Positions 1 to 10,285 of a DNA stretch of 64,000 nucleotides are shown piece after piece. The translations under genes were made by a program, and so were the position numbers. The DNA is from Candidatus Melainabacteria bacterium 17Bon1m. Its GTDB lineage: Bacteria; Cyanobacteriota; Vampirovibrionia; Obscuribacterales; Obscuribacteraceae. The stretch spans positions 160,001 to 224,000 of the forward strand of contig JAVLKG010000001.1 in NCBI GenBank assembly GCA_032128875.1, given 5' to 3'. Below the pieces are notes generated by a model. That model was not told the DNA's origin. It saw only the letters and a list, made by a program, of their open reading frames with translations, and did not search any database. The first letter of the stretch is position 1; each line of letters begins with the position of its first letter.

Positions 1-321
1 TAATACTTCAGTCCAAAGTTCAGCAGCAGCCGGATTTGTTGGATTGTTGATTAGCAGTCTGAGTATGTACTCGAATCTTCGAAGCGAGACATTACGCCAG
101 TCTTGCAAATATGCAAAAGCAAAGCTCCATGAGTTGGTCTTTGCCCATTCACTAAGCCAATCTAGTTCATTTACCATCGCAGAATGACTAAAGACTTTTT
201 CCAGTATCTTATTTGTGGCTTTGTTGGTAGGTTTTTGTTTTTTCAACCATGCAATTGCAGTCGCGACGTTTTCGTCGCTGAAATCATCTTCTAAAAGAGT
301 GAGCAGTGTTTTGGCGTTCAT
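1..321 (-). CDS. Hypothetical Trp-containing helical-repeat protein, 5' part only (runs off window start)
   Basis: Manually translated; not in ORF track. ATG at 321, open to base 1: MNAKTLLTLLEDDFSDENVATAIAWLKKQKPTNKATNKILEKVFSHSAMVNELDWLSEW...NPAAAELWTEVL. Pattern resembles the 33507..34745 protein. Confidence 0.6.
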   Translation of the reverse strand, partial: MNAKTLLTLLEDDFSDENVATAIAWLKKQKPTNKATNKILEKVFSHSAMVNELDWLSEWAKTNSWSFAFAYLQDWRNVSLRRFEYILRLLINNPTNPAAAELWTEVL

Positions 322-491
322 GTACAGAGCCTGGAAAATCTCAACAGCGGCACAAAGTAAGAGCATCCTTAATGTGCTGACTGTCGTTGCGCCCGTTTGA
401 CAATGAGGTTTGGTAAACTCTTAGCTACTTGCCAGTATAAAGCAAGTGACAGGGTTTTACAGGTAGTCAATTGGTAGCGGGAGCATTAATC

Positions 492-2174
492 ATGTCGGTT
501 TCATCGAATTGGTGGAGCGGGAGAAAACTGTCAGTGGCCGCGGTTGCAGCCATGATTTCCATGCAGTGCGTTCCTGTTCTAGCAGAAGGCGAGAGCGCGA
601 GCGCGAGCGCCTCCCCTGAGATGCCGTCCGAGAAGCCACCCGTGGAATTCGACGCCGTCTACAAACCTGCGATCACTGGCGCTAAGAAAGCATTGAAAGA
701 AAAGCTCGATAAGCTCACGAAGACTGACGCAGATGCGGCGTCGGAGGCTGCATCAAAATTGGCCGCGTGTGAATTTGCGGAAGAAGATTTCAAATCTGCA
801 GCTCTGCATCTCAATCAAGCGCTAAAGCTATTGTCGGACAAGGGTCCCGATCACAATGCAAGACTTGTTGGACTGCACAAGCACCTAGGAGACTGCGAAA
901 TCATCGAGGGGCGCGTTGCACCAGCAATCCAACACTACGAGACTGCAGCGAAATTCTTGCCTACACTCGAGCCCAGATCTCCCCTGCGAAAGAAGGTTTT
1001 GCGTGGGTTGGGCGATGCCTACTTGCGCGAGAAGAATTACGCAAAAGCTGTTGATACGTTTAAGTCGCTCTATGACTATCAAAAGGAAACAAACGACCCT
1101 TCGATAGGTTGGACCGCTGTAAGTTTGCGCGATGCTTACGAACAGATGGGACAGAAGAAGGAAGCAGATCGATACTTTGAAATTTCCTCTGATGCATTTC
1201 GACCACTCGTAAAGAATGCGGGATTTCACAAACAGGATCACAATGTCTCGCAAGTGCCTCTGGATTTGTGGGAAGCCTTGGAGGTAGAGCCAGAGTCTGC
1301 GCCGGCGATTTCTTGGGAACCGCCGGACGGAAAGAAGCCGTGGGCAGTGTTGTTATGCATTCATGGAATGGGGCTGCATAAATCAGCGTATGAAGCGTTT
1401 GGCAAAGCGATGTCGCGCCGCGGTGTAACAGTGTTTGCGCTGGATGTTCGCGGTTTTGGTTCTTGGTGCAAGTTAGACCGGCCGAAAGTGAATTTCGAAT
1501 TGGCTGAGTCGGACATTTCACACGTCGCTGCGATGTTGAAAGGTGGTTTGCCTGATGTTCCGATTTTCCTGCTTGGAGAATCGATGGGTGGTGCTATCGC
1601 TCTGCAATCTGCAATTAGCTGCAAGGATGCTGTCGGCGTCATATCTTCTGTTCCGGCAGCTGATAGATACAATGGTACGAAGACCAAAATGAAAGTTGCC
1701 TGGAAAGTCATCGTTGGTTCGAAAAATGACTACGACATAACAAAGGATGTGATCGAGAAAGTCAGTCACGATGAGCGACTCGTCGATGAGTGGAAGAGAG
1801 ATCGAGAAGCCCGCTTTAAGCTGGGCACTGACGAATTGATAAAGTTTGATGCGTTTATGAAGAACACAAAAGAGAAGTGTCAGAAGCTCGACAAACCTGT
1901 ATTGATTGTACAGGGCGGGGCAGACCCATTGGTAAAACCTGCAAGTACAATCGAGCTATATGATGCGATTAAGACCAAGGACAAAACTCTTATCATCATG
2001 GGCTTCAAAGAACATTTGATTTTCGAGAACGAACAGTTCTTTCCGATGATGCTAGAAGGTGTGACGAATTGGTTGCGTGCTCATAGCGGCTTGGATAGCG
2101 CACCGCCGTGGATGCAAAAGGAGTTGCCTGCGAAAATTCAGAGTCCCGTTGAGAACACGAATTCAGCTAACTAA
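492..2174 (+). CDS. Secreted TPR-repeat plus alpha/beta hydrolase (lysophospholipase/monoacylglycerol lipase-like) fusion
   Basis: Signal-like N-terminus and TPR-like helices. C-terminal HG motif (CIHGMG), DVRGFG, nucleophile elbow GESMGG, QGGADPLV, EHLI. ATG at 492 follows GGAG. Confidence 0.8.
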   Translation: MSVSSNWWSGRKLSVAAVAAMISMQCVPVLAEGESASASASPEMPSEKPPVEFDAVYKPAITGAKKALKEKLDKLTKTDADAASEAASKLAACEFAEEDFKSAALHLNQALKLLSDKGPDHNARLVGLHKHLGDCEIIEGRVAPAIQHYETAAKFLPTLEPRSPLRKKVLRGLGDAYLREKNYAKAVDTFKSLYDYQKETNDPSIGWTAVSLRDAYEQMGQKKEADRYFEISSDAFRPLVKNAGFHKQDHNVSQVPLDLWEALEVEPESAPAISWEPPDGKKPWAVLLCIHGMGLHKSAYEAFGKAMSRRGVTVFALDVRGFGSWCKLDRPKVNFELAESDISHVAAMLKGGLPDVPIFLLGESMGGAIALQSAISCKDAVGVISSVPAADRYNGTKTKMKVAWKVIVGSKNDYDITKDVIEKVSHDERLVDEWKRDREARFKLGTDELIKFDAFMKNTKEKCQKLDKPVLIVQGGADPLVKPASTIELYDAIKTKDKTLIIMGFKEHLIFENEQFFPMMLEGVTNWLRAHSGLDSAPPWMQKELPAKIQSPVENTNSAN

Positions 2175-3805
2175 CTCTTCCGTTTCTCGGCAAGCATGTG
2201 AGATATCGGCGGCGGGCCATCTCCGAGGTGAAACTCGTTAGCGCGTTTTTCAGCGTTGTTGTCGTCTACGGTTCCGCGCTGCATGTGCCTCCTGTATTCG
2301 CCCCAGTTTTCGACAAAGAAGGTCTCGACATATCTTCCTGCTTTTCCAAGATCTCCGAATAGATACCACTGGTAGGCACCATTTCGTCGTCGTAAGATTT
2401 CGAGCCCTGCCATTGTCTGACGAAATTCGGACATCCGCTCCGGATCGATCAAATACTCAACAGTGACGAGCACCGGACCATGATCCGGGTGCGGGTCTTT
2501 GATGATGTTTGGCTCTGGTGCGCGGGGTGTACGAAGGTCGGTGTTTTCCGAAGATATGACTTTGAACGGCGCAGAGCAGACTGTGCCGATGGCGAGAAGC
2601 GCAGCTGCAGTAAGCAGTGTCATCGGCATGCTTGTGTATGATGCGAATGTCCCCCACACCAAGCTGCCTCCAGCGAGACAACCTTGGAATGTGAATAGGA
2701 AGACAGCAATTGCTCGCGCACGCACCCACGCCGGAACAGAAGTAAGAACTCCGGCGTTTAGCGCAGCATTGACCATGATCCAAACAAGTCCGGCGAAGAA
2801 CATTGCCACGCAAGCAAGGACAAAACTATGAATGAAAGGGAGCGCGCCCATTGTACATGCGAAAATCAGAGCACTCACCATGAACAATAAGTCCATTGAA
2901 AGATGCTTTCGTGCTAAGGGGATTATCGTCGCACCTAGCAAATTACCGATGCCAAACAGACTTAGAACTATCCCGTATTGAGCTGCATTGAGTCCATATT
3001 GCTGTTTTGCCATTAGCGGCAAGAAAGACCAAACAGCGCTTGCACATGCGACGAAAACAATTGTCTTGATTATTACTGCGCGCAGCGCTTCTGAGTGGCG
3101 AACATATCGCATACCCGCCTTCATTGCACCTACAACGCGTTCTGCCGGCAGGTAGTTGTCCTTCGGTGCAGGTTTCCACCAGAGAAGTGCGGCAAGCATC
3201 GCTATCATTGTTGCCGCATTTATAAGTATCGCAGAGCCTGGTCCGGAGCCGCTGACGACTGCGCCACCTAATGCTGCTCCTATGCCGCGGCAGAAATTAA
3301 AACTTGCTGCATTAAGTGCTATCGCATTTTCAAGTTCTTCTCGTGGTACCAATTCTGGTGCCAGCGCATTCCAGGCTGGCGAATACATCGCCCAGCCTAA
3401 GCCGACGAGGAAAAGCAGAAGCAGCAGCATCCAAGAGGTCATGACACCATTGATTGTAAGTAGTCCGAGAATTATTACGCCCACAAAAACCCATACTTGT
3501 GCACACAGAAGTACTGTGCGGCGATTGAAAATGTCTGCGATTGCACCGGCAGGCAACGAAAGCAAAACGAACGGCAAGTAGATAGCAGTCTGTAATAGTG
3601 CCACCATCATCGGTTCTGGCGCAAGCGAGGTCATCAGCCAGGCTACCGCAATGTCTTGCATCCAGCCGCCTAGCAAAATTGCAATGTTGCCCATCATGAG
3701 GATGCGAAACGCCGGATGTTTCAACGGCGCCCATACAGATTTTGTTGGTGCCTTGCCGCTATCAGGTATTGATGCTGCGTCGGGACTAGTCACGATGTTT
3801 TCCAT
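2171..3805 (-). CDS. MFS transporter (MFS_3/DUF894-type) with C-terminal soluble extension
   Basis: About 12 hydrophobic helices, motif AGAIADIFNRR, typical C-terminal GPVLVTVEY...RRRNGA...W domain. Confidence 0.9.
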   Translation of the reverse strand: MENIVTSPDAASIPDSGKAPTKSVWAPLKHPAFRILMMGNIAILLGGWMQDIAVAWLMTSLAPEPMMVALLQTAIYLPFVLLSLPAGAIADIFNRRTVLLCAQVWVFVGVIILGLLTINGVMTSWMLLLLLFLVGLGWAMYSPAWNALAPELVPREELENAIALNAASFNFCRGIGAALGGAVVSGSGPGSAILINAATMIAMLAALLWWKPAPKDNYLPAERVVGAMKAGMRYVRHSEALRAVIIKTIVFVACASAVWSFLPLMAKQQYGLNAAQYGIVLSLFGIGNLLGATIIPLARKHLSMDLLFMVSALIFACTMGALPFIHSFVLACVAMFFAGLVWIMVNAALNAGVLTSVPAWVRARAIAVFLFTFQGCLAGGSLVWGTFASYTSMPMTLLTAAALLAIGTVCSAPFKVISSENTDLRTPRAPEPNIIKDPHPDHGPVLVTVEYLIDPERMSEFRQTMAGLEILRRRNGAYQWYLFGDLGKAGRYVETFFVENWGEYRRHMQRGTVDDNNAEKRANEFHLGDGPPPISHMLAEKRKS

Positions 3806-5552
3806 TTTGTGGCTGGCCTACTTGCAGATTGTAAGGCTTGAACTTAAGCCTATACAGTTCGAAGTCAGCATTCGGGTCCGCGAATACGCAAACGAATATC
3901 GGGCGGTGCTGGTAGTGTTCTGCGCAGAAGTCTGCAAAGAGCTGATTTGTTTTCTGGTCACTCACGAAATAGACGTTTTGTGATTTGCAGGCATCGAGTA
4001 GGCTGCTAATGCCGTGGTTTTCCAGCATGTCGTAGCCATTTGGAAGTATTCCCCACAGCCCGGTTCTGTAAATATCAAATCTAGAAAAATAGTTGCGAAG
4101 GTTTTGAAACGGCCGCATGTATTGATATGGTGCCGCTGTGCCGAGCACAATGTATAGATGACCGGGCTGCGGATTTAGTCTTCGAATAGCCTTAGTTATG
4201 CGTGCTAACTTATCGTTGTAATAAGCTACATCAGAGTGCAATGTACCAACAGTCAAATAAGTAAACCAGCCTGCAGCGACGCACAAACCAGCGATGATCG
4301 CAATCTTCTTTGGTTTTTCCAGCTGATGTGCTTTTGCGATAATGCACTTCATCTTTTGCCTGTCAATGAAGACAAATAGCGTGGTCATGGCGCAAGTCAT
4401 AAGTGTTAGATGCAGTCGCGGCGGAAGCTTCATCCAGAATGATAGGTAAAAGATTAGCGATGAAACACCGACAAACCATACCAGTAATCTTGGTTTGCTC
4501 ATAATTTGAACATCCAGTAATGGCATCAAAAGCAGGCACAGAAGCGAAAGTGGAAGAATGTGTGTCTTCAGAGTTGATTGAAGTTTTGCGCCTGTGAATG
4601 GTAATTGTGCTTTCTCCTCTGCTTGTGAAAGCATCTCAGTAGTGAAAATTTGGCGGTCCGCTACAAAATACTGTTTCACCAGAGCGAAATCGTTTTCGCT
4701 GAGTTTTATACCGCTCTGGTACGCCCGATCCGAGTCTGCAATGTTACTAAATGGTTTGAAAAATTCGCGAACACCAGTGAAGACGGGCTGCGTATCGTAA
4801 TAGAGGTTGTTGGCGATTTTAAGACCGCCTCCGATCGACGCCGCTATAGCAAAGCATATGAGCGGTTTTGAATTGCGTTTTAGAATTTGGGTGTTCCATG
4901 GTGCAATTGCAATTGCCGTGATCACGCAAAAGAATATGACGAGCATGAAAGTTTCGAAGCGCAACATCGATGCAGAGATTATTGCTATCGCGGCTGCGAC
5001 GAGAGCTCTCTGTGGAAAGTTTTTTGCCGAAAACCTTCCTGTCAAAGGAAGGCAGCATGCCATAAGAAAGCCGGCCTGCGTCAGTAGTGCTGCGACGCTC
5101 GTGTATTGAAGCCCATTAACAATGAAGACGCCAAAGAGTATGTAGTATGTGAGAAAGAGTGCGGCTCCCACCGCTCTGTTGAAACGTAGCATTAGGACAG
5201 TGGCGAAAATTGAAAAAGCAAATATCAGCGCGCCGAAAAGATAGATTGAATACCAAGGAACATTGGGCAGAATTTTGAACATCCACATCAGCGGATAGGT
5301 TATTAGAACGTTGGAAAACCACGTCAAATAGGTTGGCGAATGCGTCAGCCCAACTCCGGAAAGAAGAAGCGTGAAATTTATATCGTCGACTGTTTCGAAG
5401 TGCGAGGGGAAGATGAGCTGAGTAATGACAGTGCAAGACGCCGCCAGTAGAGTCGCGTGAGTAAGGACTGTGCGAATCGATTGCTTCTTAATATCAGGGA
5501 TTTTGTAGTGTATTCGTGCCGGTTTTTGTCCGGCTGAATTCGACTCGCTCAT
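3786..5552 (-). CDS. Polytopic membrane protein, possible GT-C fold glycosyltransferase
   Basis: Many TM segments; acidic pair (ETVDD) after the first TM. ORF is open from 5678; ATG 5552 preferred because of an upstream GGAG. Confidence 0.55.
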   Translation of the reverse strand: MSESNSAGQKPARIHYKIPDIKKQSIRTVLTHATLLAASCTVITQLIFPSHFETVDDINFTLLLSGVGLTHSPTYLTWFSNVLITYPLMWMFKILPNVPWYSIYLFGALIFAFSIFATVLMLRFNRAVGAALFLTYYILFGVFIVNGLQYTSVAALLTQAGFLMACCLPLTGRFSAKNFPQRALVAAAIAIISASMLRFETFMLVIFFCVITAIAIAPWNTQILKRNSKPLICFAIAASIGGGLKIANNLYYDTQPVFTGVREFFKPFSNIADSDRAYQSGIKLSENDFALVKQYFVADRQIFTTEMLSQAEEKAQLPFTGAKLQSTLKTHILPLSLLCLLLMPLLDVQIMSKPRLLVWFVGVSSLIFYLSFWMKLPPRLHLTLMTCAMTTLFVFIDRQKMKCIIAKAHQLEKPKKIAIIAGLCVAAGWFTYLTVGTLHSDVAYYNDKLARITKAIRRLNPQPGHLYIVLGTAAPYQYMRPFQNLRNYFSRFDIYRTGLWGILPNGYDMLENHGISSLLDACKSQNVYFVSDQKTNQLFADFCAEHYQHRPIFVCVFADPNADFELYRLKFKPYNLQVGQPQNGKHRD

Positions 5553-5785
5553 GAGCGATAATGCTCCAACGAACCGCAAACCGGGAGTATCTGGGATTCT
5601 CGCATGCTCGATTTTAGCACTCTGAACAGGCGGATTCATATAGCGAAAGGTATATTTTTCTCTCGAATTTTGGGGCAACTTCTCGTATCATGTAGGTGTT
5701 CCTGCATTTCTCTGAAGTGAGTCGCTTTGAGCGATTCTGAAATGTCCGATGATGCCCAGCCCAAAATGGATTTCTCTGTTCGATT

Positions 5786-8200
5786 ATGACGGCACTTAAA
5801 CTCGGAAGAAGGGAATGGCTGGCGTCGGCGTTCTTGGCTATTCTTGCGTTTTTGTCTTTCAGCCCGACTCTTTTCGCTGGTTTTATCAGTGACGACGGGC
5901 AGCAATACACTTACATCTACAATTATCTGCATAGTACGCCATGGATGCTTCTGCAAAATTTCACTAGTTGTTGGATGCAAGATCCTCTCTGGGGACTGCA
6001 TTATCGTCCGATGATGTTGTTTCCTTTAGTGTTTGATGTGTTGGTCTGGAATCAAAACACAATCGGCTGGCATATTACATGTTTGTTGATCCACTGCTCG
6101 TGCACAGTTTTGACATTCCTGTTGGCACGTAAGTTGCTGACTAATCTGGCAGACTATGATGGTCTTTCTATTCCCTTACTTTCAGCGGCGGTTTTCGCGA
6201 CGCATCCGCTGCATGCTGAGTCAGTGGCATGGATCTGCGGAAGGGTCGATAGCGTCTGTACGTTTTTCTATTTGACTGCGTTTGTTTCGTTCTTGCATTC
6301 TTTAGATTCGGAAAGTGAAGGTGGCAAAGTTGCGCGTGTTTTGAGCTTGTGCGCATTTGTTGCGGCGTTGCTGTCTAAAGAAGTAGGCGTAACTATTCCT
6401 GCTGTTCTGGTTTGGTACACAATCTGTTCGAGGCTGAAGGTGCTTCCCTGGGCGAAAGCGATTCTTCTTTCTTTAAAAGAAACTCGAATCTATTGGCTTG
6501 TATTGGGTATTTACATCGTTGTGCGTTCGATTGCGCTTGGTACCTTATATGGTGGCTACCACGGATTTTCTTCTATGGTGCTTGACTCAGTTTGGTTGAC
6601 CGGGTTATTGAGTCCGCGTCTGTTGCAGGGAGTTTTTCTTCCTATTTCATCCGCCCAGTCTGTAGAGCTCGACCCTGTTTTTAGAACTCTCGTGGGGTTG
6701 TATGTTGCACTGTTACTGGCTGCTGTAGCACGTTTTGCAATAGTTCGCGATTGGAAGATTTGGCGTCCTGTGCTCTTTCTTTCTGGGTGGTTGTTAATGG
6801 CGTTTGCCATTGTGGCCAGGGTTTGGTACGCAGCAGGAGATCTGCCCGGTGGGCGTCACTTCTATCTAGTTAGTGTTCCCCTCTGCATTCTTGCGACTCT
6901 CTTGCTTGTTCCAACGTTGTCGAACAACTTAGCAGAGAAAAAACTTCAGAAGTGTGCAATTGGAATCGTATCCGTATTTTGTGTCCTTCTCTTGTCACTC
7001 TCTTTCAAATCTTCAGAACTTTGGGTTGACGCAAGCAGATACGAAGATGCTCTAGGAAAGGGAATAGCAGAGCTAGCTGGAAAACATCCAACAGCGGATC
7101 GATTGGTGTTTCTAAATCCGGCTTCTACGTTTGAGCATCTTCCCTTGTACCCGACATTTGCTAATTTGCAGGGTTGCTTGATGCCACCATTGTTTCCCCC
7201 GGATCTTCACAACAAAATAGCGACGCTACGATCAAATATTTTCAATTTGGATCTGGTGAACAAAAGTGCTTTGGAGGTAAATCTACAAAGTCCTAAGACT
7301 CTCGCATTTGGTTTTGATGGGGATAATCGAGAAGTTTGCGTAGTGCCATCCGATTATTTTTCTAGTGTTGATCAAGATCAATTACGTCTGTCTACGGATG
7401 TGAAGTTGCAACCTGAGACAAAGACGGCTGACGTCGTGGTGTTTTCTTTGAAGCCTGCAGAGGCTGTTAAAAGAGGGTCTATCGACTGTGTTGAAGTTGT
7501 CGCATCATGTGTAATTACCAACAAAAATAGTGCAAAAGAGCCATCATTGTCTTTGACGTGGATAGGAAATGCCGAAGAACGGAAGAGTGGTGTTTTGAGC
7601 GAGTATCGAACACAAGATGGTGCTCGTTCGCTTTGGCGTGTTGATGATACTGATGCATTGGCGAGTTCGCTGGGCTGCTACATAGAAGCTGATGGTAAGC
7701 CGCATAAATATAGATTTCATTTATCCGAAATTTCAAGTTGGGTTTTGTTCGGCAGGTTGTCAGATTTGCAATTGACGGTTTCGCCTGCTAATACTGAGAT
7801 CACATCGGTAAAGCTTTTGAACCTGGAAAATGAAATTCCTAAATTGCATGCTTCGCCTGACAAATGGAATAGGCGACAGAATGGCACTCTGGTTCCCAAA
7901 TCAAACGATTCTCTCGTGCTGAACTTTGATGCAAGCAAAATTGTCGGTGCGAGTCACGTGATGGCAGAGATCTCGCATCCGTTTGAATACTACGAATACT
8001 TCAACTCTACGTACAGGCAAGATGCGCTGTCCCCGCGTAGTTTGAAAAAATATGCGCTTGATGGTTTGAAGGGCGAGATGGAGTTGTGGCGAGAAGACTT
8101 CAAAGTTGCTGGTGAGTATGACGTGCGCGTTGCCGCAGTGGATAAAGACGGTAAGGTGATCGGTTACGTCAGCGACCCGGTGACACTGTCGATTCGATAG
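5786..8200 (+). CDS. GT-C membrane glycosyltransferase (TMTC/PMT-like) with large C-terminal soluble domain
   Basis: Motifs SDD after TM1, YRP, HPLHAESVAWICGR and LLSKE, which are typical of TMTC-like mannosyltransferases. Confidence 0.75.
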   Translation: MTALKLGRREWLASAFLAILAFLSFSPTLFAGFISDDGQQYTYIYNYLHSTPWMLLQNFTSCWMQDPLWGLHYRPMMLFPLVFDVLVWNQNTIGWHITCLLIHCSCTVLTFLLARKLLTNLADYDGLSIPLLSAAVFATHPLHAESVAWICGRVDSVCTFFYLTAFVSFLHSLDSESEGGKVARVLSLCAFVAALLSKEVGVTIPAVLVWYTICSRLKVLPWAKAILLSLKETRIYWLVLGIYIVVRSIALGTLYGGYHGFSSMVLDSVWLTGLLSPRLLQGVFLPISSAQSVELDPVFRTLVGLYVALLLAAVARFAIVRDWKIWRPVLFLSGWLLMAFAIVARVWYAAGDLPGGRHFYLVSVPLCILATLLLVPTLSNNLAEKKLQKCAIGIVSVFCVLLLSLSFKSSELWVDASRYEDALGKGIAELAGKHPTADRLVFLNPASTFEHLPLYPTFANLQGCLMPPLFPPDLHNKIATLRSNIFNLDLVNKSALEVNLQSPKTLAFGFDGDNREVCVVPSDYFSSVDQDQLRLSTDVKLQPETKTADVVVFSLKPAEAVKRGSIDCVEVVASCVITNKNSAKEPSLSLTWIGNAEERKSGVLSEYRTQDGARSLWRVDDTDALASSLGCYIEADGKPHKYRFHLSEISSWVLFGRLSDLQLTVSPANTEITSVKLLNLENEIPKLHASPDKWNRRQNGTLVPKSNDSLVLNFDASKIVGASHVMAEISHPFEYYEYFNSTYRQDALSPRSLKKYALDGLKGEMELWREDFKVAGEYDVRVAAVDKDGKVIGYVSDPVTLSIR

Positions 8201-8344
8201 GATATTCGGGTTTTGCGTATTTGGATTGCATATATAAAGAATGTGTTTTGGGTCTGGGTGTGAGATCCGTTTTTGTGCTGAATTTTCCTCGTATGTATTA
8301 GTGGGTATAGCTTTTGGGGTTTTCGTCCCTGGGGGCGGGCGAGG

Positions 8345-8402
8345 TTGACGCGCGTATCAGAAAGTGGTAATTTACCATCAGGTTAATTAACCGACTGGTG
8401 AA
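8345..8402 (+). promoter_or_regulatory. sigma70-like promoter overlapped by two tandem ArsR-type inverted-repeat operators
   Basis: TTGACG(8345)-17bp-TAATTT(8368). Imperfect palindromes TTTACCATCAGGTTAA (8371-8386) and TTAACCGACTGGTGAA (8387-8402). Confidence 0.6.
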
Positions 8403-8407
8403 ATACG

Positions 8408-8803
8408 ATGAATTCCCAAGATCAATTGAGCACTACATTTGCAGCGCTCGCAGATCCTACACGAAGAGCCATCCTGGCGCGATTGGCTGCGGGCGAGTCC
8501 TCTGTGACAGACCTTGCTGAGCCCTTCGATATGAGCCTTCCGGCCATTACAAAGCACTTGAAGGTTCTTGAGCGTGCAGGGTTGATTTCGCGCACTCGCG
8601 AAGCCCAATGGCGTCCATGTCGGCTGGAGGCAAAACCGCTGCAGCAGGCCGCTGATTGGGTCGAGCAATATAGAAAGTTTTGGGAAGACAGTCTCGATCG
8701 GCTTGAGGAATATATCTCCGAATTGCAAGCGCGTGAGAATCAAGAAGATATACAGAAAGATAACGACAAAGACAAAAGAGGAAAACGAGATGGCAAACAG
8801 TAA
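8408..8803 (+). CDS. ArsR/SmtB family transcriptional regulator
   Basis: FAALADPTRRAIL...SLPAITKHLKVLERAGLI winged HTH. Confidence 0.93.
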   Translation: MNSQDQLSTTFAALADPTRRAILARLAAGESSVTDLAEPFDMSLPAITKHLKVLERAGLISRTREAQWRPCRLEAKPLQQAADWVEQYRKFWEDSLDRLEEYISELQARENQEDIQKDNDKDKRGKRDGKQ

Positions 8804-9317
8804 AGAACAATCTTCTACCGTTGAGGGAAAAACTTTCGTTTATACGCGTGTTATAAACGCGCCAAGAGAGCTGGTTTTCCAATGCACCTCCGAGCGTAAG
8901 CACTTGGAGCAATGGTGGGGACCGAAAGGATTTGATCTGACGATCAAAGAGTTCGACTTCAAGGTCGGCGGAACTTTTCTTTATAGAATGGCAGCGCCAA
9001 ATGGTTTTGAAATGTGGGGTAAGTGGGTGATTCGTGAAATCTCCCCTCCTGACAGAATCGTGATTGTCAGCTCGTTTTCCGATCCTGAAGGTGGTGCAGG
9101 CAAGCACCCGATGGCTCCTGATTGGCCGCAAGATACTCTTTGCACTTATACATTTGAAGCGCAGGGTGATAAAACGAAGTTGACTCTTGAGGCTGTGCCA
9201 ATCAACGCAAGCGAGCTAGAGCGCAAGACCTTCGAAGATGGCTTCGAATCAATGAATGGCGGATACGCGGCTACGCTCGATAAGCTCGACGAATATCTGT
9301 TGACGTTGAATAAGTAA
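8790..9317 (+). CDS. SRPBCC/AHSA1 (START-like) domain protein
   Basis: TRVINAPRELVF...WWGPKGF...DFKVGG. Overlaps the ArsR stop, forming the common ArsR-SRPBCC operon. Confidence 0.9.
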   Translation: MANSKEQSSTVEGKTFVYTRVINAPRELVFQCTSERKHLEQWWGPKGFDLTIKEFDFKVGGTFLYRMAAPNGFEMWGKWVIREISPPDRIVIVSSFSDPEGGAGKHPMAPDWPQDTLCTYTFEAQGDKTKLTLEAVPINASELERKTFEDGFESMNGGYAATLDKLDEYLLTLNK

Positions 9318-9339
9318 TCCGGTTAATTGTTCAGCGACC

Positions 9340-10125
9340 CTAGTCAATCCGCATTTGCGGATCCAGCCCCCAGCCTGTGAGAATTTCTCTCTCCTCGCTG
9401 GGGGATTTGGCTTTTTTGAATTTTGCTCCAGATTGCCCTTTAACGCGGCGTTCGCACTCAGCCCATGTTTTGTGGCGCTGTAGAACTCCGTTATGATAGC
9501 TCAAGTAGGTTGTAGGTCCGCCACCGCCGCCGCCGCCTTTGCTGCCCGAGCTGGTATTACTGCTGGTGCCTGAAGGTTTCTTATTCTCAGGTACCGGTTC
9601 GGCATCAGGTAATTCGCTCAAGTCGATAAAGTATCCAGCACGCGGACCAACATAAAGTTGTTCAGGTTTGTTCTTTGCGAACGACACTGCGATTTCGTCG
9701 CAGCGCTCATTGCCCGCATAACCCGAATGCCCGCGCACGTATCGCCACTCAACATTTGATGGCTTCAGCCTTGTAACTTGTCTCAATAGCTCTTCCCAGA
9801 GCTCTCTATTCGCGACGTCTTTTCCATCAGCACTCTTCCATCCGCGTGAGCGCCAGCCCCAGATCCACTGCGTTATCCCTTTGATTACGTATGAGGAGTC
9901 TGTGTAGAGAACAATCGGCGTTGCTTCTTTGGGCTCAAGCATCGCTAGAGCGCGAATTGCCGCAGCCATTTCCATGCGATTGTTGGTCGTTTCTTTGACG
10001 CCGCCGCCTAGCTCGTGCACCGCGCCGTCCGGCAGTGAAACTATGCATGCCCAGCCGCCTGGTCCGGGATTTCCGGTGCAGGCTCCATCCGTGTATATAA
10101 GAATTGATGATGGTGATAATGTCAT
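9340..10125 (-). CDS. rnhA: Ribonuclease HI with C-terminal hybrid-binding (viroplasmin/Cauli_VI-like) domain
   Basis: YTDGACTGNPGPGG, TNNRME, YTDS, VRGHSG, NERCD. After a Gly/Ser linker comes TWAECERRVKGQSGAKFKK. Confidence 0.92.
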   Translation of the reverse strand: MTLSPSSILIYTDGACTGNPGPGGWACIVSLPDGAVHELGGGVKETTNNRMEMAAAIRALAMLEPKEATPIVLYTDSSYVIKGITQWIWGWRSRGWKSADGKDVANRELWEELLRQVTRLKPSNVEWRYVRGHSGYAGNERCDEIAVSFAKNKPEQLYVGPRAGYFIDLSELPDAEPVPENKKPSGTSSNTSSGSKGGGGGGGPTTYLSYHNGVLQRHKTWAECERRVKGQSGAKFKKAKSPSEEREILTGWGLDPQMRID

Positions 10126-10249
10126 GTCGGCTAGGAATTATCGCACACGATTGCGAGCGGGCGAAACATCTCGCCCGAACAGTATGCCTACGCGGTTCGC
10201 CAACGCAGTCTGCCAACGCGGCCTGTCAAAACAGCTTCCGGCGCCGTGG

Positions 10250-10285
10250 TTGACAAACCTGTGGCGGATGCGCATACTTAAGTAT
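10250..10285 (+). promoter_or_regulatory. sigma70 promoter with perfect 12-bp palindrome; probable leaderless transcript
   Basis: TTGACA(10250)-17bp-CATACT(10273). Palindrome ATACTTAAGTAT 10274-10285. ATG at 10286 with no SD. Confidence 0.65.

Noticed and set aside
9929-10285. N-terminal extension of the 228-aa ORF
   Set aside because: It overlaps rnhA antisense. ArsR homology and a promoter place the start at 10286.
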